The notes under the pieces: model-generated | The model's input: only the letters and a program-made list of their open reading frames with translations | The model's database searches: none | What the model was told of the DNA's origin: nothing | Shown here: positions 52,877-64,000 of the stretch, in pieces | Position numbering within the stretch: position 1 is the stretch's first letter | Layout: each line of letters starts with the position of its first letter | NCBI GenBank assembly: GCA_951406725.2 | Contig: OX597820.1 | Location: forward strand, 58,218,001-58,282,000 | Length of the DNA: 64,000 nucleotides | DNA from: Octopus vulgaris | Taxonomy: Eukaryota | Direction of reading: 5' to 3' | Program-made: the position numbers and the translations under genes

Positions 52877-54158
52877 CGAGGGACGTTCAATAAGTAATGC
52901 CTCTGACCCACTTGCAGTTGTTGGATCTAGTTGTTGCATGTGCAATCATTTATATCTCTATAGATTAAGTGGCAAATTACAGCTCTGAATTAATTGTGGT
53001 TTCTGATTTACAGGTGTTTGAACTGAGTCAAGTGTGAAATGGAGCCTGTTGAGTGTCGAGTAGTGATCCGGTTTTTGTATTTGAAAGGACGCACACCACG
53101 GGAGACTTTTGATGAAATGAAAGTAACTTATGGTGATGATGCCCCATCATATGACCTTGTAAAACGCTGGCATCGTGAATTCAAACATGGTCGGAACTCT
53201 GTGGAAACAGCTCCCAGATCTGGTCGCCCCTTCTGCCATTGATGAGGCATCTGTCCGTCAAGTTGAGGCTGCCATTTTGGAAGATCGACGCATAATTATT
53301 CGCCAAATAGCCCATAAGGTCAAGATTAGTACCGGGTCTGTGGAAACTATCATTCATGACCATTTGCATATGCAAAAGGTGTCTGCCAGATGGATTCCCA
53401 GGTTGCTCACGCCTTTCCAGAAGCAAGAACGCGTCGAGTACTCGAGGGTGAATTTGGAGATGTACCAAGATGAGTCAAAATTTTTCAAAAGATTGATTAC
53501 ACAGAATGAAACCTGAGTCCATCACGATGATCCATAGACCAAAGCCCAGTCAATGCAGTGGAAGCACCGTGACTCACCCCCTCCAAAGAAGGCAAGGGTG
53601 CAGCCCTCCGCTGGCAAGGTCATGCTCACAGTCTTCTGGGACCAGGACGGAGTAGTGATGACAGATTTCCTGGCAAAGGATACCACAATTGCAGGAGCCT
53701 ATTATGCTTCACTTTTGAGGAAATTAAGAGAAGTTATCAAAATCAAGAGGCGGGGCAAGATCAGCAAAGACATCCTCCTCCTGCAGGACAACGCTCCGGT
53801 CCACAACTCGCTTGTCGCCAGATCAGAAGCACAGGCGTATGACCATGAACTCCTCCCCCATCCCCCTACTTTTCTGACCTTGCACCCTCTGATTTTCACC
53901 TCTTCCCAGTCATGAAGTTGTTTTTGAAAGGAAAGCATTTCCCAGATGATGCAGCCTTGATTTCTGAAGTCATGTTCAGGTTGGAGGACCAAGCTGGGGT
54001 CTTCTACAAAAACAGTCTCCAGAGCTGCATCAAACAATGGGAGAAATGCGTAACTCTGGGTGGTTCCTATGTAGAAAAAGACTAATAACTGTGCCAAGTT
54101 TCGTTGCTCTACTGCTATGGGAAGTGGGTCAGGGGCATTACTTATTGAACGCCCCTCG
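52877..54158 (+). mobile_element. Full-length mariner (DD34D) element; transposase pseudogene at ~53039-54085
   Basis: TA-flanked TIRs cgagggRcgttcaataagtaatgccYctgacccactt. WIPRLL, AGKVMLTVFWD, LQDNAPVH and DLAPSDFHLF motifs, with frameshifts and stops. Confidence 0.95.
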
Positions 54159-54204
54159 TATCTCTTCGATACCCTAAATTGTAATTACATATATTACGGA
54201 TATT

Positions 54205-54513
54205 TTAATGACCATGGGACTGCACCTTGAAAGTTACCCTCCGAGGCACAAGTTCGAGCACGGTTGTTTATGGAAGACCAGCAGTCGCGTATGCATACCA
54301 GCCTCCCTTCTCCACACCACCGAGATTTCCAAGGCAAAGGTCGGTACAACTTGCCCCCAGTGACGTCGCAACTCATTTCTACAGCTCAGTGAAATGGAGC
54401 AACGTAAAATAAAGTGTCTTGCTCAAGAACACAATACGTAGCCCGGTCCGGAATCGAACTCACAACCTCATGATCGTAAGCTCGACGCTCTAACTACTAG
54501 GCCATGCACCTTC
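54205..54513 (-). mobile_element. SINE family D
   Basis: Reverse complement of 21497-21833. Confidence 0.85.
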
Positions 54514-54530
54514 ACATGTATATATGTATG

Positions 54531-54606
<76 letters not shown>

Positions 54607-54790
54607 TATGTATATATATATATATATATGCTTAAGTACGTACGTCCATACGTGCATGTATATATATTTGTAGAGATGTGTATGTATATACACATATATT
54701 TATGTGTATGTATGTATAATTACACACACACATACACACACATATATGTATATTCATGTATGTATATATACGCATGCATGCGTATATACG

Positions 54791-54832
<42 letters not shown>

Positions 54833-55100
54833 TACATATATACATATACATATAAGACAATATAACTGGTCACCGGATGTTTTTTGGTGACTGATTCTTT
54901 GGTACGTGACTCATTAAAGAGTTTAGCACCGATTTAAATCTGATGAAATCAAGTATTTCCAGCTGTTTTCAAAAATAAACCTTCGCTACATTTTTTTCTT
55001 TCTTTTAGCATTCATCACCATCAAACATACACCCACACCCTCGCCGGACGAAACAAGGCTCACGGTATCAACATCACGTGTAATATTATAACAACCGGTA

Positions 55101-55395
55101 AGGCGGCGAGGTAGTAGAATCGTTACCGCACCGGACAAAATGCTTCGCGGCATTTCGTCCGTCTTTTATGTTCTGAGTCCAAATTCCACCGAGGCCGACT
55201 TTGCCTTTCATCTTCGGAGTCGATAAAATAGGTACCTGTTGAATACTGGGTTCGATGTAATCGACTTACTCCCTTCTCCGAAATTGCTGGTCTTGTGCCA
55301 AAATTTGAAAACGGTTTTACTACAGCCAGTACAACAACACTTATTATACCTATTTCTTTACTACCCACAAGGGGCTAAACACAGGGGCACGGATT
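55101..55395 (+). mobile_element. SINE family B followed by an inverted copy of the family-B long tail
   Basis: Head and body at 55101-55312; cctatttctttactacccacaaggggctaaacac at ~55349-55385. Confidence 0.75.
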
Positions 55396-55442
55396 ACCAC
55401 CACCTTTATACTACGAGCTAAAGACTGAGCATCTCCGTAGTC

Positions 55443-55592
55443 TAGTCATGGACAAACTGTGGCCCGCAGGACTTTTTCTTTAACATTGTACACCAAAGAA
55501 AAAGTACCAATGAACGTTTTAGTAGTGCGTCCTGCATGGTGATGAGACATGTCTCATGCGGCCCACTTCTCGAAAATGGTTGCTCGTGCCTG
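55443..55592. mobile_element. hAT (Charlie/Buster-type) MITE
   Basis: Decayed TIRs tagtcatggacaa/ttgctcgtgcctg, internal gcggccc motifs, and an 8-bp TSD ccgtagtc/gtgtagtc. Confidence 0.65.
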
Positions 55593-55887
55593 GTGTAGTC
55601 GCTCGATCTACTAGCAACAACATTTACATTTTTTTCATGTATACGTATTCTATCGGCTTAAATAACATGAAGCTGTCGCTTCTGTAATGTCTTTTATCAT
55701 AGATCAGTTGTAATGAATCATGTCTGGCCATACAACAAAAAGTAACAACAGCCACAACTATCACAATTAATACCACCACCATCACATCAAAGATCTTCCG
55801 CAACGCATCGCTGTACAATGTCATTCCTTTCACTGGCAGTTTTGATCTGTCTTTTGAAGCGGTTGACACTTTATGCTTGCAACATCA

Positions 55888-56123
55888 TATCTTTTATCTT
55901 TTACTGGTTTCAATCATTGGACTGCAGCCATGTTGGGGGCACCTCTTGAAGAATTTTATTTGAATGAATCGACCCCAGTACTTATATTTTAAGCTTGGCA
56001 CTTATTCTATCGGTCTTTTTCGCTGAACTGCTAAGTTACAAGGACGTAAACCAACCAATACCGGTTACCAAGTGGTGGAGGAGGACAAAAACACACAAAG
56101 ACACACATACACACGCACACGCA

Positions 56124-56196
<73 letters not shown>

Positions 56197-56351
56197 AAGA
56201 CAAGCTTCTTTCAGTTTCCATCCACGAAATCCACTCACAAGGCTTTTGGCCGGTCCGAAACTATAGTTGAAGATACTTTCCCAAGGTGCTGCGCAATAGG
56301 ACTGAACCCGGAACCATGAAGATGAGAAACAAACGTCTTACTACACAGCCG
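55888..56351 (-). mobile_element. SINE family A
   Basis: Reverse-complement match. Confidence 0.85.
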
Positions 56352-58151
56352 CTCTAAGATTATATTTAAAAAATCTGCATAGCTTGGCTAGAGGTGAAGA
56401 GGGACTGCTGCTTGGAGATTAAATTATGGTGAGCGCGCACACACCACCCTCCATCCCAACAGAGACCTATATACGGTCACTCAACCGACTAGAAATAATA
56501 TCACCTAAATCAACTTTAAATCACATTCTACTTTTTGGTAACGTTAATTCGACAACCAACCCCTGGTGTCCTCTTTCACAAGTGCTCTATTTGCATGTCA
56601 AAGAATTTTTCCTGGCGCCTTCCTTGGAGTGTTTTCTTTCTTTTTTTTTTTTTGTTGTTGCTCTTACCAGATGCTATCTCATCCGCTAAATACAGACACA
56701 CTCACGACATCTAACTAGGCACTCGCAGCCGAAGCAAATATCACACAGCGCTCAGTCCGACACTCTGACATCTCTACTGATTTATTGATTGATATTGGAT
56801 TGATATTTAAATTTATTGATGCTGGAAAGGCAAAAGTCAAAGTCAACCTTAGTGAGATGTGAACGCAGGAAAACCTCCTACGCAGAGATGGAAATAATTT
56901 CATATTATGTATCTATGTGTGCATGTATGCTGAAGGAAATGTAATTTTAAGTTTATGATATCATTTTGATAATATTTATCTTTGACTTTCGGTCAATGAC
57001 ACATGCGGATCCGATAGAGAATTGAAGCCTTAAGCTAAATGGCAATTCTGTATTGAATGACCGTAAGTTGATACGAGAAATTAACAAAGTTCGTTCTGCG
57101 TCAACAGCAGGATAGTCTTTGGTAATTTTCTTTCATTCATTAGATTGTAAGCCACAAATAAAATTCTATAACTTGTACCGTTTCAGTGACCACTTTGGCT
57201 ATCATGATTCTCAACGTCATTAGAATTCCAATTTATAGTTTGATAAAATGAGAGCAAGGGTAGGAATAAACCATTGATGTTAACAGAATTAACGAATTCC
57301 GATGGCTACATAGTTACTTAGTCGTCATTAGCAACAGAGTAAACACATCCAAGAACCTTAGTTTCCCTTGAGAATATTTTTATAAATTTACTGTTCAGTT
57401 TATCAACTTCGTGAAGTTGAAATAGCATTTGATGACAGCCACTGCATATTAAAATTATTCTCTAAATTATCGTATAAATTTTAGGTAAACTGTACGTATT
57501 ATTGGCATGAAAATGGAAAGGAATTTCAGTGGTATCGGTGAAAAGACACAACAACGTTAGGGATTCTCCCTTCACCAAGTTGCAATAAACAGGCAGCATG
57601 GAGCACCAGAACCCATATACCTGTGTAATCAGTCATGATTCAATGATTTTTCTTAGTAATAACAACAACAAAAAAAGTTTTCCATTCTCCTTTACTTTAA
57701 TTTTTTTTTGCACATTCCTTAATTCTCAGATATTCCATCCGCAACCCTTTCTTTCCTAATCATTAATTCTCGGTAACTAATATTTTATTAATCCTTCTCC
57801 CCTTCTTTTAAATCCGTTGAGTATAATTTCTGTCCTGTGTCCCACGTTAATTCTATATGGGTGATTAACATTCCTCTAAGATCATCCCTTGTTATTCTAG
57901 CTCAATATTCTGGCTAGTATGCCATAGAATTTAAACTAACATCAACAAGCGTGTTTTAAATTCTACACTTTATGCTAACTGATCCCTGCTTCAGAAAATT
58001 ATTGATACTAGAAGGATGTGAGTATCTTTACCAAGAAATGCCAAAAACATTATCTGTAATCAAATATTTACTTGTAATTCAACACAATTTAACACCAATG
58101 AGCTCCTGCCTCTTAAGTTTACGATGCCTTTAAATATAATCAAAGCATTCA

Positions 58152-58763
58152 TTTATTCTTTTATTTGTTTCAGTCATTTGACTGCGGCTATGCTGGAGCA
58201 CCACCTTTAGTCCAGCAAATCGATCCCAGGACTTAGTTTTTGTAAGCTTAGTACTTATTCTATCGGTCTTGCCGAACCGCTAAGTTACGGGGACGTAAAC
58301 ACACCAGCATCGGTTATACGACGGGCTTTCTTTCAGTTTCTGTCTACCAAATCCACTCGCAAGGTTTTGGTCGTCCCGAGGCTATAGTAGAAGACACTTG
58401 CTCACGGTGCCACGCAGTGGGACTGAACCCGGAGCCATGTGGTTGGTAAGCAAGTTACTTACCACACAGCCATTCCTTTTATTTTCTTACTTGTTTCAGT
58501 TATTGGACTGCAGCCATACTGGGGCAGAGCTTTTTTTAATTTTAAGTCAGATACTTGTTCTCTTGGTCACGTTCATCGAAACTCTAAGTTACGGGAACGT
58601 AAACTGACCGGCACTGGTAGCCAAGCAGTAGTGGGGGATAAGCACAGACATAAAGTCAAAGGCACTGGATGACCCATTGAAGACTTTTGTCTAGAGTGCC
58701 GCACAGTGGGACTCAACCCAAAACCACGTGGTTTCAAAGCGAGCTTCTTAACCACACAGCCAT
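58152..58763 (-). mobile_element. Two tandem SINE family A copies, both lacking the internal microsatellite
   Basis: Copies at 58152-58472 and 58478-58763. Confidence 0.8.
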
Positions 58764-58791
58764 GCATGTAACAATATATTTACAATTTTAG

Positions 58792-59505
58792 GGCGGCGAG
58801 CTGGCAGACTTCTTTAGCGCACGGGGCGAAATGCTTAGCGGTATTCTGTTTGTCCTTACGTTCTGAGTTCAAATTCCGCCGAGGTCAACTTTGCCTTTCA
58901 TCCTTTCGGGGTCGATTAAATAAGTACCAGTTACGCACTGGGGTCGATATAATCGACTTAATCCGTTTGTCTGTCCTTGTTTGTCCTCTCTGTGTTTAGC
59001 CCCTTGTGGGTAGTAAAGAAATAGGTATTCTGTCTGTTCTTACGTTCTGAGTTCAAATTCCGCCGAGGTCGACTTTGCCTTTCATCCTTTCGGGGTCGAT
59101 TAAATACGTACCAGTTACGTACTGGGGTCGATCTAATCGACTGACCCCTCCTCCCCCAAAAATGTCGGGCCTTGTGCCTAGAAAAAAATATATTTATAAT
59201 TCTTTAGCACACCGGGCGAAATTCTTAGCGGTATTTTGTCTGCTGCTACGTTCTGAGCTCGAATTCCGACGAGGGCGACATTACCTTTCATCCTTTCGGG
59301 GTCGATTAAATAAGTACCAGTTACGCACTGGGGTCGATATAATCGACTTAATCCGTTTGTCTGTCCTTGTTTGTCCTCTCTGTGTTTAGCTCCTGTGGGT
59401 AGTAAAGAAATAGGTATTTTGTCTGCCGCTCAAAATCTGCCGAGGTCGACTTTGCCTTTCATCCTCCCCCAGAATTTCGGGCCCTGTGCCAAGAGTAGAA
59501 AAAAT
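58792..59505 (+). mobile_element. SINE family B multimer (four body units)
   Basis: Repeated units with tail-to-body junctions gtaaagaaatag|gtatt at ~59023 and ~59413. Confidence 0.9.
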
Positions 59506-60973
59506 ATATATTTATAATTTTTAACACTCGAGTGTTCTTAACTTTATAAATAACGCAGATATAGTCACAACAAATTTACTCGTTATAGATAGCGTATATT
59601 TCATGTGTTTCTTACTACAACGAATCAGAAATGTTTTGTTCATTTAGTTTCATTAGTGTCTTAGTGTCCAACGCTTTTCATAGTCACGGGCAGCAAAATA
59701 TGCCATAACATTTACAAAACTGCAAAAATGAATACTGTCTCATTTTAATTTCTAGCTACAAATTGAAATCGTTCTTCAAATTTGAAATTTGTATAACCGT
59801 TCCAAATAAATGTTTGACGCACACATAAGTTAATATTGGAAATAGAAATCGCTTATTGAGATTTGTCTTTTTGCCTCTTCTTTTCTCTCGTATATGCCCC
59901 TTCTTTCCTTCATTTCTTTGTATTTTTTGAATCTCTAGTATACAATATCCTTCCAAATTAATGCTGTCCTTCCTACAATATTAGCTGCCCCCATGTACTC
60001 TCGCACAAGTTTCGTTATTCCTGATCTATTTTTCTTCTGTTCTTTGTATCCATTCTGGGGAGGGAGGGGTGTTAGGGTCACCCCAATTATTTACTTGGTT
60101 ATATAATGTCTGTGGGCTGGCAGAATCGTTAGCACGCCGGGCGAAATACCCAGCAGTATTTCGTCTGGCCTTGCGTTCTGAGTTCAAATTCGGCCGAGGC
60201 CGACTTTGCCTTTCATCCTCTCGGGGTCGATAAAATAAGTACATTGGATTCGATGTAATCAACTTAAATACTCTTGGATGAGAGTTTAACATTGCACCCC
60301 TCTGCCAAGCCACGTCGGGCCAGTGTAACAGGATAGGTTCATCAAACCAATATGATCTCAAACACAAACTTCACGGCCTCCACATCAGAATATGGTTGAT
60401 GGAGAGAACACGCTGAGGTCTTCGTCTTGCAATGGACTGAACGTAATCAAATGAATCCAGTCCAATATCATAAGCTATTACCGACATCTCTGAAGAAATG
60501 CTGCATAGCGGCAAATAAAGTTATGTTAAACAAGAAATTATTTCAGTAATTATATTCAACTTAACATGAATGTATTGTTAGATTGCCATGTTAAGTTGGT
60601 TATAAAGGTTGTCTTTTTGTAGCCTGTTGGCTGTTTGCTACATCTGTGCAACAACGGTCAATGAGATTCTATATATCTCTGGCTGTGAGATTTGGTTGTG
60701 TGCGGCTACCGAACGTCCCGCCATTGAAGAGACAATGTACGTCGAAATCACGTGATATGGACGTTCCAGCGCCCATAACAGACGATTCACGTCTGCCAGC
60801 GATATGAATGTGTGGGCTTTTATGCACCATGTGTCCATACAAGAGATCCTCTCAAGATTTTAATATAATATTCGGTGATCTAACAATACACCCCTGTTAA
60901 GTTGGATATTAAGATAACCTTTAGGTATTAATAGTGCTTCTGTCTAAAAATTATTTCAATATAGATGTATGTA

Positions 60974-61809
60974 CGAGGAAGTACCCAAAAATAACCGGAA
61001 ACGCTCTCTGTGACACAAGCCCGTTGTAATTCAGGCTTTCGCCGCTAGGAGCCACTTGATGCGACCTTCAGGCATCAGTTTGCCGACCATCGCCGTCGGA
61101 TGTAGTGCTACTGTTACGTGGTGCGTCTTTGTTTTGCAGTACTTCTCCCCTGTTTGTCGATTTTTGCGATGGCTGAAACAAAGGAACAGCAGAAGAAACA
61201 ACGTACTTCTGTGAAATTCTGTTTTCTGCTGGAGAAAACTGCCGCCGAAACTGTTGTTTCAAACATCTTACAAGAACGCTGCCATGAGCAAAACACAAGT
61301 TTACGAGTGGTTTCCACGCTTTAGGAATGGTCACTTGCCGCTTGAAGACCAACCTCGTTCAAGACGACCGTCGACCTCCCGAACGAATGAAAGCATGAAA
61401 ATTCATGAACTGATCTTGGAGAACTATCACCGAACAATTGACGAACTTGATATGTCTGGTGTCTCCTGGAGCTCTTACTAACGAATATTGAGCAAGGAAT
61501 TGTGAATGCAAAGAGTTACAGCCAAATTTGTACCTCACTTGCTCACAGAAGATCAAAAGGTCATCGCTGCTGACGAAAGCTGGTGCTACGGAATTTGCAG
61601 ATGTGGAAGAGGTAAAGAAAAAAACGACGGAGGTGTTGAAAGGCATCATTTCGCAAGAGTTCTAGTGATGCTTCGAATAGTGGAAAACGCGCCTGGACCG
61701 ATGCATTGCTTCAAATAGTGAACACTTTGAACCGATAAGAAGTGTAAGCGTAAATCTAAATGATTAAAATAATATTGCAAAATTTCGGTTTCTTTGGGGG
61801 GCTTCCTCG
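60974..61809 (+). mobile_element. Internally deleted mariner element
   Basis: TA-flanked TIRs cgaggaag.../...cttcctcg. QRTSVKFCFLLEKTAAET, MSKTQVYEWFPRFRNG..LEDQPRSRRPST, KFVPHLLT and ADESWC motifs; most of the catalytic domain is missing. Confidence 0.9.
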
Positions 61810-61960
61810 TATGTATCTATGTCTGGTTCCACTCTAGCTAACAGTAGCCATTACTTTTCTGATTAATTGCAAATCACACCAATGTGAACAAAATATAAAT
61901 AATCGATGTGAGTGTATTTACTAATGTGAATATTTCATAATTATATATCATATATAAATC

Positions 61961-62170
61961 GGCAAACTGGCAGAGTCGTTAGCATGCCGGGCAGAATGCT
62001 CAGCAGCATTTTGTCCGTCTTTACATTCTGAGTTCAAATTCCGCTAACGTCGACCTTACTTTACATCCTTTCGGGGTTGATAAAATAAGTACCAGTTGAA
62101 TACTGGAGTCGATGAAATCGACTTACCCACTTCACGGAAGTTGCTAGCCTTGTGCCAAAATTTGAAACCA
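61961..62170 (+). mobile_element. SINE family B (further diverged copies at ~38059-38190, 60113-60265 and 63110-63440)
   Basis: Match to the 16102 copy, flanked by the direct repeat aattatatatcatata. Confidence 0.8.
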
Positions 62171-63624
62171 ATTATATATCATATAATTCTAGGTATGTTT
62201 ACAGACACACACAGAGGAATAATGTGTATGTAGGTATATATATATGCATATGTATGTATACTTTTATATATAGTAAGCGAGTGTGTGCGTTGTGTGCTTC
62301 AGTATCTTATGCAGTGTAACTGTGTGGGCGCGTGTCTGTGTCTGCGTGTGTCTGTGTGTACCTGCGTGCGTTTGTGTGTTGGGGCGTGTGTTTATGTAAG
62401 TCTTCATTTGTTTTTCTCTATATCCTCTATATAGATATGAGATTAAGCAGTCGTAAAATAAATGGCAGAAATTCACAACACAGACAGACGGCTGTTATAA
62501 AACACAAGCTTCAGAAATCGGTTTAACTGATATCAAATCGCAACAGATGACCGAACCATTATTCCGCCGCTACCATCGCCACCACAACTGCCACCATCAC
62601 CAACATTTATCGTCATATACAATATTTTTTTTTTTTCTATTTCCTTTTCCTTATGTTATTTTTATTTCTACTTCCTGAGAATTTGCTATGGCTTTCATCT
62701 TAGATATTATCTCGTTTATTTTTGGATATTCGTGTTCATTATTATTTTTTGTCATTTCATCTATTTTTCTTATTTTTGTTATGGGGTAGGAGTATTTTTT
62801 GTTAGTAAGAGGAAAGGATACTCTGAATGATGGGACAATAACGAAATTCAGACTCTTTCCGTCCTCCATTTCCGGTCCCAATTTTTTTAAATAATTTTCG
62901 GGAGGTTTTTCTCGGCTTTGTTTATTTATTCGTCAGTAGACGTAAGTTTTTTTTTATGGGTTATGTTGACGTCAGCTCATCAGAAGACAACGGGTGTGGA
63001 GCAGAAGGGAAAAAAATATGAAATGAGAGGACATTTGGATATTTTATATAAGTGTATATATGTACATATGAGTAACTTTCTTTCGTACTGTAAGATGAAT
63101 CGACATAATCGTTAAAGTGCCGAACAATGTGCATTGCAGTATCTGTTCCGGCTTTTTCTTTACATTCTGAGTGCAAATACCACCGAGGTCAATTTTGTAT
63201 TTCATCTTTTCGGGACCGATAAAAGGAGTTCCCAGTGAAGTACTGGGTTGAAGGTATCGAATAATTCCGCCACCAAAACATTTTTAGTTCTTGTGCCTAT
63301 TCTAGAAACAAAGACCTGGATTGACAGCATCGTTAGAGTGTCCATCAAAATATCTTTCAATATTTTCTTCTAACCCTGAATTCAAATCCTCCCGAGACCA
63401 ACTTTGATTTTTCATCCCACCGACGTCGACACGAAAAAAGTGTAAGGATCTGTTTTTAGACAATTTTTTATTCAACTCTTTTATTGTCTATGATCATGCT
63501 CAATAGAACGACGAAATGCAAACTCCACAACAAACATTCAAAGTGAAAATATTTCTACAGATTTTAAACTCCAAAAGAACTGAAGAAAACTAGCAAAATA
63601 CGGGTACTTTTGAAGACAAAAGTG

Positions 63625-64000
63625 TAGTCATGGCTGTATGGTTAAGAAGCTCACTTTGCAACTAAATGGTTTCGGGTTCAATCCCTCTGCAGGACACATT
63701 GGGCAGTGTCTTCTACCTGGCCGACCGATGCTTTGTGAGCGAATTTGGTTGACGGAAACTGTGTAGAAGTCCGTCGTACATATATGTGTGTGTGTGCGTA
63801 TGTGTATGTGTGTGCGTATGTGTGTGTTTGTGTGTGTGTGTGTGAGAGAGAGAGAGAGTGAGAGAGAGAGAATCTTATTTTTGTCCCTACCCTACCGCTT
63901 GACAACTGGCGGTGGTTTGTTTACAGCCACGTAACTTAGTGGTTCGGTAAAAGAGATCCATAGAAAAGCTACCAGACTTAAAACAAGTGCTGGGGTCGAT
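63625..64000 (+). mobile_element. SINE family A, running off the window end
   Basis: Head, internal (GT)n(GA)n and body are visible. Confidence 0.8.

Noticed and set aside
58792-59505. Regularly repeated units as a CRISPR-like array
   Set aside because: The units are SINE bodies without unique spacers, the context is eukaryotic, and there are no cas genes.
60488-60520. ctgaaga followed by a tgctgc/gcggca hairpin
   Set aside because: Lacks GAAA and stems I and III.

Overview
AT-rich, microsatellite-saturated animal genomic DNA. The tRNA-derived SINE families, Dong/R4 and Penelope remnants and (TA)n/(CA)n/(TACA)n load are most consistent with a coleoid cephalopod such as Octopus; this is an inference from recalled repeat families. 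Most ORFs in the track are microsatellite artefacts. One host gene is supported: two minus-strand exons (40244-40342, 37846-37937) of a receptor-type guanylyl cyclase catalytic domain. The rest is mostly transposon debris: Dong/R4 LINEs nested in (TAA)n, Penelope-like elements (PLEs) in (TA)n, RTE/CR1 fragments, a Helitron fragment, one Tc1 and two mariners, MITEs and four SINE families. The most striking unannotated signal is about ten minimal hammerhead-ribozyme (HHR)-like motifs in small non-coding cassettes. They include a ~510-bp palindrome carrying two HHRs with a U3-A8 core variant, an HHR with a ~95-nt stem II, and a head-to-head dimer of a tRNA-promoter + (AAT)n + HHR chimera. All folds and translations were done by eye, and repeat boundaries are approximate.
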